A stretch of 64,000 nucleotides of DNA from a virus. A model generated the notes under the pieces. It ran no database searches and was not told the DNA's origin. It saw only the letters and a list, made by a program, of their open reading frames with translations. The DNA is taken from the IMG/VR virus record IMGVR_UViG_3300009124_000001. The stretch is one strand, 5' to 3'. Positions 47,701-59,700 of this stretch are shown here, one piece after another. Within the stretch, counting starts at the first letter, position 1. Each line of letters starts with the position of its first letter. A program made the translations under genes and the position numbers.

Positions 47701-50700
47701 GGGGTCAAGATAGATGTCATAACCATACCACTCACCACCAACTAAATTGTCATTGTAATCATCAAGGGCACGCTTGCAGTATTCGCTGATTCTTGTCACG
47801 AACCACAACAGATGTTGCTTTGTTACATCAGGGAACGCGATGAAGTTGCCTTCACCATCGAACCAAGTGTTAACGATTCTCAGAACACCTTGATTGCCGC
47901 CTGTGTTGAGGTCGTAAAGAAGACCACCAAGCAGTGTATCACCAAAAGATTCCTCAGCAGTAGTTGTGGGATATGCAGTCTGCACCTCAGCAAATGCCTT
48001 GGCAGAAATGGCATGTCTGTTGAAAAGGATTCTTCTAGCAACACTTCTGTCAGAATTGCTACCGCCACCAAGAGTGTCAAGCATCAGGTCGAAGAGAGAC
48101 TCGGCAGCAGAACTTACGTCATAGCAAGTGTAGAACTGATACTGGTTGTTGGTGTTGTATCCAACATCACGAGTGATGCCTGCAAGGTGACTGGAATTGC
48201 CAGCAGATGCCTCAGAGATAGTGTTAATAACAATGTCAAACAGTGTCTCAATTGTAGAGGCAGTTTGTGGGCAAGTCTCATTCCAGGCGGAAGCGGCACT
48301 GTCATAGGTAACGGTGGTGTCGCGTACGACCATTTCGGGAGCGTACTTAACAGGCCAGCAGTTGGGTAGAGACTTAGTGATAGTGCCGTCAGTAATGCTT
48401 GCGGGAGTGGTAATCGTATCAGTAACCACAGAGAAGAGATCTGTGATTGCAGATGCAACATCAGCACACTCATTGCCAGGATTCAGTGTATCCTGAGTAA
48501 CAACGTATCCACCTTGGTTATAGGGGAAGAAGTCAAGATCAGCGAAATACTTCTGAGAGAATCCATGAGCACCAGTGATGGTGATTGGTTGATCTCTCAT
48601 CACAGTGATAGCAAGGTCTCTTGCCTTATTAATGATCCAAATGGACTCAGTTGACTGTGAGGTGATGTGTGCAAGACTACCGTTGCTGACATAGAACTCA
48701 GCAGCACGGAACATCTTGTTGTTGCCACCAAAGCGGAGGTTCCAGACCATTGCATGAAGCATGTCAGTCACGTCATGGACGCAATTGATGTTGCCGCCAG
48801 GAATGACAAGACTTGGGAATTGTGCCAGACCCTGAGAAACTGCTTCCTCAGCAATCAGTCTGATGTTTCTCTCAATGATGTGAGAACCATCAATGAATCT
48901 ATCGTCAGTAGCATTCTGCTCGTATGTTGCAACATCAACAGCATCAACCGAGGATGTACCAACACCGCCAGGGTTAATTGCACCACCAGCACCACCTTCT
49001 GCCTGATAGATGTACAGGTTGTCGCGACCGAAACCATTACGCATCGTGAGGATGCAGATCTCCATTGCGATCTTGTACACGTCAATCGCTGCTTCTGCTT
49101 CTTGCTCAATGTGCAGCAAACTATCATCTTCTGGGTTCAGATAGAGGAGAGCAGCGTCATAAGTGGCAGAATTGCCGCCAAATCTTAGGTCATGGATAAC
49201 AGCGTCGATAACGCCCATCACGTCATCCTCACAGTTCTTAGAACCGCCAGGAATTGCCAGATCCAAATACTTGGACAGGTCATTCATTGTGTAAACTGCT
49301 TCCTTAGCAATCACATGCTTGTTCCTTTCAAGCATATTGGCAGCATCGATATTGTAGTTGGAAACAGTGTCCTGATAATCATAACCTTTGCTATCGATAG
49401 TGATAGTGGTGTCTCTGTATGCGGGGATTTCAGTGAACTGAGCAACATAGTAATCATCTTGCAGTTCGCTAGCGACGCCGAGTTCAGAAGAAGTAGTACC
49501 GAAGTTCAGCAGAGTGTTGCTAACTGCATGGAGAACGAGTTTCTTAACATAAGAGAAGGCGTCAAGCATTGCGCCCAGTTCATTCTCAACGTGAATGATT
49601 TCGTTATTGTTATTGATATAGAAATCAATTACATATTGAGTAGCGGAGTTGCCACCAGTGATCAGGTCCGTGATGACAGCGGGCAGGATGTATTCTTTAA
49701 TGTCACGAGCACATACTACATCGCCGTTGTAACCAGGGATATCAAGGAAGTCATACTGAGTATTGTTGATTTCTGCCGAATAGTAATCATTCAACCAACC
49801 GACAGTTTCATATGCGATATAGTCGCGATTCTTCCAGATCAGATCGCCAGCATCGCGGAATCTGTTACCTGTGGGACCGAGGATATCAGCGATAGTGTCG
49901 CAGAGCAGAACGACTTCATCTTGGATTGCCTGAGAGGCAGGAGATGCAAAGTTGTTAGGAATACGAAGGATATCAGTGTATTTGGTTCCGTTATAGTTAA
50001 CCAGATCAGTATCAGTTGTAGTAATAACATAGTTAATTACAACTGCCAGTTCAGTCCAAGTAAAGATGGATTGTAGCAGTTCGTTACCAACATAATTCAG
50101 ACCACCCTGCTTAGTGAGATAACCTCTACCAGCGATAACGCTATTGTAGTTACCACCATAACGCATGTCTTCGATGACTGCTTTGAGGATGTACTCCTTA
50201 GTATCACGCAGACAGAAGTTTGTACCTTGCTGGACGCCAGCACCATCAGCGGTGTCACCAGGCATCACGAAGTCAGGATACTTCTCCTTCATCAGACCAA
50301 CAGCAACCTCAGCAATCCAGTCGAGGTTCAGTTCGATCATATCAGCAGACTTGCGATACTCATCTCGTGCAAGGTTGATGTCTTCGACGATGATAGTCTT
50401 CTCATCGTAGTCAATACTCTTAGCGGTAGCAGAAGAGTTAGTCTGACCAGTGTAAGTTGCATATCTCTCTTCATTGCTGATGATGAGAGGCAACTCCATG
50501 CTCATGGAGAAACTGATATTTTGGTTGTCGGTCGGGAAGGTGAAACCAGGAGTGAATGTCTGACTGTAATCAGAAACACCCTTCTTGATGATGATGTTGT
50601 CCAGGTGACCAACAAATCCGCTAGCACCATTGAGGTCAGCACCAATCGTGAACGCACGTTCCAGATAGTTGTTATTGTCAGTGTAGTCGCCACCAACCTG

Positions 50701-53700
50701 AGATCCATTGACCCAGATCTTAGTGATGTTAGTGGTTCTGGTTACTGCAATATGATGCCAGGCGTTAGTGCCCAGTCCATGAGCAGCAGAGATCTGATCG
50801 CTACCGTTATACCACCATGCAATGTTGGCACCATTCAGGTAAAGAACAGGAGATCCATTCTCGGATGTGCCGCTAGTGCGAGTATCGAAGAGATACTGAA
50901 CACCAGAGATAGTCGTAGGTCTGACCCACATCTCAATGGTGAAGTCCTCAGTACCGAACTTCTGAACATCACTAAGTGTATGACTCAGATATGCACCAGC
51001 GTCAAGTCTGAGAGACTTAGTGCCAGATTTGTACTCCAAACCAGTCAGGACAGCACTACCGTTAGCGGTAAGTCTTGTATTAGTGATGTACTCTCTATTC
51101 TGGAAGATGCCTGTGATCGAATCAGTGAACAACCATTTCAGACCAGCGTTGGTTCCCTTGGCAGTGAAGGTAGCACCAGAGGTTGTGCCACTGATTGTTT
51201 CGCCAGGCAGGAAGAGACCATTAGCACCAGGATCCTTGTAGGAGATCTTGTAAACACGAAGGTTCTCATTCTCTTGGAAAGAACCATCACTAATCACTGC
51301 CAGAGCGTTGATGTTGTTCAGGTTACCTGCATTGATTGCCGTAGTAGCAATCGTGGTCAGAGTATCCAGAGCAGCCTGTACGTCAGCACAGTTGGCAGCG
51401 TCTTGGTTGTTGCCAGAGGCGTAGTTGGGATCATATGTATGACCCTCAGTAGGAGAGGTTAGATAAGGACCAGAATATGTGGTGGGATCGTAGACCAGAG
51501 TCAGATCCTTGTCATACAGCAGGTTGTTGATGGCAAGTTTTGCCATGTCTCTTGCCTTATTGAAGGCAGTGATGGACTCAGCAGTCTCACCAACCAGACC
51601 ATTGCTGATAGGAGCACCGTTAGCGTCGAAGTAGAACTTGGTGAAGGTTACAACACCATAGTTACCATCGCCCTTGATATCCTGAACCAGAGCATCAACG
51701 AAATACCCGATGTCACGACGACACTTGGTCTCATTGCTGCTATATGTGCTGGGTTCAGAGAGTTCGATCAGATCAGACAAGGAACCTGCGAGTAGAACCT
51801 CAGATACATTGTCGAACAGAGTTTGCAGGGCAGACTGAACATCCGAGCAGTTGTTAGCGCCGAAGTTATCAGCGTTGCTACCAGGAGTACCGTAAGGATT
51901 TCCAGGAGAAGGATCAGCAGTGATTCCAGTGCCACTAGAACCACCAGTGCTGCGCTCGTCATACAGGTTGTAGACAACAGCGTCAACGGTATCAGTGCCC
52001 GTCAGCATGTTGGTCAGAGCATTCTTCATGTATCCGAGTGCTTGCTCGAATGCATATTCAGTTGCTTCTGCTTCGTTGTTGATATACAGGAAGGTCAGAC
52101 CATCATCACTGAAATACATCTGCAAGAACTTGCGGGTGTAAACAGTGCCACCTTGGAACATGTCCATAGAGATAGCATCGATGAAGTGACCGATGTCACG
52201 ACGACACTTGGTGGGGGAAGGAATCGGCAAAGAAGGATACTGAACCACCATGTCAGAGTAAGACTTGGCGATGATGTAATCCTTATTGCGATGGATGAGA
52301 CGATATGCATCGGCATATCTGCTGAACTGGTCAGTCTGGTTATCGCCAGGATAGTAGAATCCAGGGTGCTGAACAGCGATTTCAGCATTAGCAAAGTCAA
52401 CAATTTCTTGCTTGTTAGCAGCGATTCTGTTGGCAGCGTCGAACCATCTGTTCAATGCATCAGTTACAGGATTTCCATAAGTAACGGTAATAGAACGAAT
52501 TACATCGCCAACTGCGATAGTGCCACCAGTCAGATTCTCAAATTCAACTTCTGTCGAGCGAACTTCTTCAAAGTCGAGGAAATCAGCGTTAACACGATCA
52601 CTGCTATCAAGAATCTCAACAGGTGTGATTGTGGTCTTAGAAATGTCATCCAGAATGACGTTCTGGTTAGTCAGAGAGATCAGACGCTCAAAGATCATAC
52701 CGAAGAAGGTAGAACCTTTGTTGATCGTCAGAGTATCAACCACGTCACCCAGTCTGACTTCGCCCGACACAGTTTCAGTGGTAGCGGTATAAGTTCTAAC
52801 ACCTGCAAATTCTGTATAGCCTTGAACAGTTTCACCATCGGTTAAATCAGTCTCACTATTCTTCAAGTAGTACAAAACAGGAGGGGATGCCTCAAAGTCA
52901 ATCTTGACAACTTCACCAGTAGCACCAGAGGTGATACCTTCAAACTTATCACCTTCAACCATGGTGGACCATGCACCAGCAGGCACAGGTCTTACCAGAT
53001 TGATGCTAACGATAGGATCTCTGTAAGGTGAGATACTGGTGATTCTTGCAGCAATATTAGATGCAGCAGAATAGAAGATGTCATTCAGGAACAAGTTATA
53101 CTGACCTGTCTCAAACTCAGCAGTACCAGAGGTCTTAGAAAGGACCAGTTTGTCGGAGATATTGCCATCCAGGTCGAGGTTAGATTCTTCAATGACGGCA
53201 GTATCACCAGTCATATTGGTGACAGTCTCGCCAAATTCAAAGATAGTCTTGTAGTTAACACTGTCAATGTTCAGGACATTTGCACCATACCCAGCATTGA
53301 AGAAGTTGATGTCCTCACCACGATCAAAGAATCCGTTGGACATATCTGTCACTTGGATGCTGTTATCAGTCAGATCGATAGAAGTAATAGTTGCTCTTGC
53401 ACCTGTGGTCTGACCGACAATGATGTCACCGATAAGACCTGTATCGAATGTACCACCAATGCTTTGGAGGAACAGTTTGGTGAAGGACTTTTCGATGGTT
53501 CCGATCAGAGCACTAAATCCAGTTCTATTAACATCAACACGCTCGTTCAGAGCAAAACTTCCACTGATATCAACAACATCAATGCTAGTAGCACCTGTTG
53601 CAACAACCTTAGCAGTAGTTTCGGTTTCAAAACCAAAGACATTATCACCGATTGAGGGGAAGATACCAGCAATACTATTCAAATTCAGTCTGGTGATAGG

Positions 53701-56700
53701 CATGAAATCGAAAGCGATATTTCGATATACAACCTTAGAGTCAGGTCTCGGTGGCTCAGAGAAGACAATCTCATTACCAACTACCTGATAGGAACTACCA
53801 GGAGACTGAATAACACCATTAATTGTGATGAGTAGTTGGTTATCCTTAACGATAACTTGCTCTCCCTCAACTCTCAGGGGGAAGTTCTTTTTAAGACCAT
53901 CGAATTGACCAGAGATATCGTCGATCTTCTTAACGATCGAGGTAAGAATTTCCTCAGAGTTGGTCAGTCTCTTCTTACGGAAGAGAACTTCGGAGTTGTT
54001 GAAGGTAGAGTAGATCGGTTGAGCAGCACCGAACGAGGTGATCTCGTTAACATTGGTGTACTCGTTGATGTTAACTTGCTTGGTGAAGTCAGCAGCAACC
54101 TTACGACCAGAGATATCTTTACCACCAGTCAGGGACAACTGACCGAACATATTGAAACCAACAGGGTGGTTATTTTGCAGAATCTGATTCTTCCATCTGT
54201 TGATAGGAATCTCAGACTTAATCACATAGGAGAAGTTCTGATAGAAGAAGGAGTCTTGAATCTTTTGAACAATCTCGGACGGTTTACCAACGTCATCAGT
54301 AAATCTACCAGCAGTCTTAGTAATAGCGTCAATGTTCAACACACCCTTAGCGATGTTGATATTGTCAATAACACCAGATGCACGAGAGATGACACCCTGA
54401 ACCTTGCCACCAACTAAGAAGTCTCCATCGGGGTTGGTAACTTTCAGAATCTTAGGTTCGATCTGCCAACCATCATTAATCGAGACAATACCAGTTGCAG
54501 TTGCGAGTTCGCGAGTCTCACCTTGGAACACTTCCTCACCTTCCAAGAAGCGAGAGGTCTCAACCACTGCTTCTGCTTTACCACCGAACACCTCGGTAAG
54601 AAGCACCTGACGACCAGCACCCTGAGTCAAGAAGGTAATGAAGTTGCCAGACTCGGCGTCAACAGGTGTCAGAGCGAAGCGCAGTTGGTCAGATTCCAGA
54701 CCATTAACTTCACCAGCAATAGCATAGTAGGTCTGAGCAGAAGACAGACTGGTCAAACCAACGCTGCTGGGTTTCGGCAGTTCACCAACGGTAGAACCAA
54801 TAGCATCAGCACGGAACTGAACCTCAGCGCCAGTGGTAATACCATGAGGGAAGTTGAACTGCAAGTAGTTCAGGTCGAGGTTCACAACGTAGGTGAACTC
54901 AGATTTCAGAGTAACATTCGGTTGCGAAGAGTACCCAGCACCAGGGTTCTTGATCAGAATCTCAGACAGTCTGTTGTTCTTAACGACTGCTTCTGCTTCG
55001 GCACCAGTACCGCCACCGCCAGAAATGATAACAGCAGGTGCAGAGGTGTAACCAGCACCAGGATCTGTAATTGTAATCTGAGAGAGGATCGAGGTATTGA
55101 AGAGTTGCAGGTTGATCGGGAATGCGATCTCAGGACGCAGAGTGTAGTCATGAGAGTAACCATAACCAAACTCATTGTTTTTCAGAGTCTTGATCTTACC
55201 GATTTGCTTACCAGTGAGGAACACAGCAGCGCCAGTACCCTCAGCAGGAATGACAACCTGAATCTCAGCACCAGAACCAGACAGGGTGGGACCAAGAATA
55301 CCTTGAATAGCATCAATGTCGATAGAACCGAACGTATATCCCTTACCAGGATCAGTCAGAGCAACCTGAGTAACAGTTCCAGATCCAATAATATCATCAT
55401 TCTCAACGGTGATATTGCAAAGACCACCTTCACCATCACCCAGAATAGAAACCTGAGTATATACGCCAGGTGCATATTCAGTACCACCAGAAAGGATACG
55501 CAGTTTCTCAATCTTACGATCAGATGCAATATCAGAGATGATGGGCAGTTTCTTATAGAATCCACCAGGAGAGATCAACTTAATAGAGTTGATAGGACCA
55601 ATTGCTTTCTTGGAAGTGGTGGAGTAGATAGTATTGGATTTGTCTTGGTCGTCCAGACCGATCTCAGCATTGTTGAACTCAGGCTCATACAGCAGCGGGA
55701 ATCTGAATTCAGTATCGCTAAGAACTTCGCTGATTTGGAATCTACCGTCATACGGAGTCTTGATAACGTCGATGAAGGAGTTAGATCCCACAGGAGACGT
55801 TGCACCAGTTCTGGACGGGTCGAAGTAGTAAGTAATGTTAGTAACTTCACCACCAATCGTGAACTTAACCACAGGTGTTTCTGCGGCAGAAGACAGACCA
55901 GGAGTGCCCTCACGCTCAATTACGTTGAAGGAGTATTCCAGTTTGAATTGGTTATCTTGTGCAAACGACAGATAATAACCAAAGTTGGAAGAATCACTCA
56001 GGTCAAAGATATATGAGTGATTTCTTACCAGCAGGAGTGTTGGGTGCTTGGAAGAGATCTTCACACGAGAAATAGCACCCTGAGCGAATGCAGGTTCGCC
56101 AGTAGCAATTGTTCTCAGTTTATAGGTAAAGTCTCTGGTAGAGAAGACTTCCTTAACGAAGAACGAACCATTAAACTCAGCAGTAGTGAATCCTTCAACA
56201 AACAAAATGTCTTTTGCTTTGAAGTTGTGAGGAGTCAATGCAGAACAATAAATGAGGTCAGTTCTGTTCTCAGCAGTTCTGATAATGTCCTTATTCAGAT
56301 TTACAGTCAAAGTAATTTCTTTGACGCTTGCAAGACCAGAGACCTCAGCAATCTTATTGTCAGTATCTGCCTTAGGTCCAGCATTGATGCTGTTGCCCAA
56401 GGACACAACGTCACCAATAATAAAGTCAGAACCAGCGTATGTATTGACAATGGTTACTCTATAATCTGTCAGCGTGAATGGACGGAATCTTGCATAGTCG
56501 GAAAGTGGATCATATGTACTAACGAAGTTCCAGGTGACGGATCCGTCAGCAGCACTACCCGTGGTGTGAGATGGTCCAACAGTGCCAGATACACCACCAG
56601 TTGCACATGTATACTTATTTCTACCAAAGTAGACAACATCACCAGCAACATATGTAGTTGTTGCAATCCACTCGGGATCAGTAGGAGCAGGCCATGGGAA

Positions 56701-59700
56701 GTCAGCAAGGTTAACTTCAATGTTAGGTGCTGCACTGATGTAGGACCAAAGGACAGCGCCATCGGTTACAATACCAATCTCATGTGTGGGTGCAGTGGAA
56801 CCAGAAGTTGCATTGTTTGTAGCAGAGTAAATCTTACCATCGCTCCAAACTTGATCATTCACAACATATGCCTTACCTGCTTCCCAAGCATTCTGAGCAC
56901 GCTTTACAGTAAAGGAAATTTCGTCAATTGTGTTTTCTTCTTCCTTGTCATTCTTAAAGAGGTCATCATTGTTAAAGGTTCCAAAGATCTTACCAACCTT
57001 ATAGGTTGTACCATAACCAGGAGTGTTAACACTTCCAACAGGAACATCTACAATGGTGCCAAATGCCTGAACAACGCCATTCTCATTGTACTGTTGAAGG
57101 ATAGATCCTTTCTCAAACTTAACTGCCTGATTGAAGACAAACTCCTTAACAGCATCAATCTTCTGATAACCAGCGTCTCTGATGTAATACTTCGGCAGAA
57201 CCACAGGTTCAATTTTGAGTTTTCTACCCAGAGGGGTAGGAATAGTCGATGTCTTAGTTGAGAAGGTATGTCTCTGAGTATTGAATGTATATGTTCCAGG
57301 TGCAAGGGTAGAAACGACATCAGAGAAGTCAAGGATTTGCAGACCCGAAGGACCTTCATTCCAAACGGTAATTACAGGATTGGAGAGTGTATTAACATTG
57401 AGAGTTGTGTTTGCTGTGAAGGAGATACTCTCAGTGTAGTTGCCATCATATCCAGCGAAGGTGGTGTTGTAATCACCTCTCTTGCTGTGCAGACGATCAA
57501 ACTTAACCAAATCGAGCGCAGAATCCTGAGTTGTAATTCTATAACGCTCAGTGGGCACTTGCAGAGAAGAACCACTATAAACTGCACGGGATTCGACGAC
57601 AATATCATCGATGTTGCCGACAAAACTGTTGTTCAGAAGAGGACCTGCTTCTTGACCACCAACAACCAGATCATTCATCGAAATTTCATCGACAACTGTT
57701 GCAGTTGCAACATTTACGCCATCGAAGTAGCAAGAATACACATAGGAACCGAGAGAGGGTTCTTCCTTGACCAAAGCAATATGGTGCCAGTCGCTATCTG
57801 CCAAAGTAGTAGCATAAGTCGAACCAATCGACCAAACAGTAGTGGTGCTACCGCCAGAAGGTGCAATTTCAAGTGCAATCTTACCAAAGTTGCCATCACC
57901 AGAATCAAGGTTCATAATGTACTGAACGGTGCTGCCAGAATCATCTTTGGCAGTAATCATCTCAATTCTGGGATTGTTGGTCCCATGAGTAGGTGCCATA
58001 CGGACCCACATCACATTTGTCCACTGTTCAGTCAAATTCAGGTCGGTCCACTTCAAATAGTTGGCATCTGCAACATTCAACGAATTTGCGCCAAATTTGA
58101 AGATAGAAGAGTCCTGAGAAACGGCACCGCCGTCATATACGCTAATTGTTGACTTATTCTGCTTAGTATCGTCAAAAGTGAGTACAGCGTTCTCAAATCT
58201 ATGTACAACCTCTTGAATGGGGTGTTGGAGGTTCAGTGGGAGAATAATATCACCAGAGTTGTCAACAGCATGAGTATTGGCAGTAAAACCAATGCCAGTA
58301 TCACTGCTGCTGCCATTCCATTGACCACGGGTCACATTTGTAGTATACAGAGAAGTTCCGTCATACTTGAATCCAGAAATGACTGCTTGCTGGTCATTAT
58401 CTTCATATACAACGTTAGTGACAACGTTAACATTGCCAAATACATCCAGAGAGACCCCAGCGTGCTTGATAGACTCAAAAGTGACCGTGGGTGCCATGAT
58501 CTTGGCAAAATCCCACTCAGGAGTCGCAACAGTCAGTCTGATTTGATCCAGGGCGATCTTGAAGAAGGCAACACCATAATTCTTGGTGCCATTCCACATA
58601 TCGCAGACAAAGAACAGATCATTGTACTCATCGAGAACAAATTGAGGTCTTTGAACGTCACCACCAGAAACTGCAAGACGTTTGACATATTTAAGTTCAA
58701 TATTCGCACCGTCATACTCCATGACGCCGAACAGAAGATCATTATTGTCTTCATCAATACCACAGAAGGCAACTTGATTGTCACCAAGGTAATACAGTTG
58801 ATGCATCTGCTCACCTTCGGTTTCAGATGCAAATTTACGCTTTTCAACTACATCACCTTGATTGTTGAGTTGCATGACCCAGATATCATCGGGATCGGGA
58901 GAGTTAGTGTCGGTCCAACCGCAAATATAGACTCTTTGCTCTTCATCCAGGTAGATATCACCAGCATAGTCGCGACGAGTCGTACCAGACACACCAGCAA
59001 TCTCTTTCTGGAATCTTACAATACCTTCGGGGTTGTTAGCATTGTCCAGACCAGACTCATACTTAGCAACCAGGATATCGGGGTTGTAATTAGCAGTTCC
59101 TTGGGATTCAGTTTCACCAATCAGGTAAATGAGATGATTAGATTCGGATGTCTGGTCAAGATACATCTTCTTCCAACGTGCAGTCTTGATGGATGCACTA
59201 GGAAGCAAAGATCTGTCCCAAACGAGACTACCGAGGTCATTATACTTGGCAAGGAATGCTGCACTGTCACCATTCGGTTGAAGGATCTCACCACAAACAT
59301 ACAGATTACGATCATCAGCAACAACTGAGTCGTGAATCTTGATTTGACAGTTTGTCTGAGTCTCAGAGTAGATTGTAGACCAATAATAAGTCTTCTTGAA
59401 CTTCTGGGGATGTGATACGCGAATTTCAGGAGGAATTTCAGTATCGTAGTTGAAACCAGAGTTGATAATATTAACTTTATCGATCTTACCTGTCGTTACA
59501 TCCAAATCAATATCAAGTTCAACGTCTTGACCACTGGTTGTAATGATTTCGTAGGTTGGAGGAATAGATTCGTTGTAACCAACACCAGTTTGCAGGACAT
59601 TGATGGAATCAATGCCTGTGACCACAGACATATAGAATCTCTTGTTGGTATTCTCTGTAATGACTCTGGAACTAACGATAACTTCGTCTTGGGCGATCAG

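Noticed and set aside
45493-47745. 750-aa plus-strand ORF, and similar ones at 5020-6171, 9152-10270, 10298-11950, 50227-51462, 54523-56016
   Set aside because: All lie opposite well-supported minus-strand genes and are explained by rarity of TTA/CTA/TCA codons; translations lack recognisable motifs
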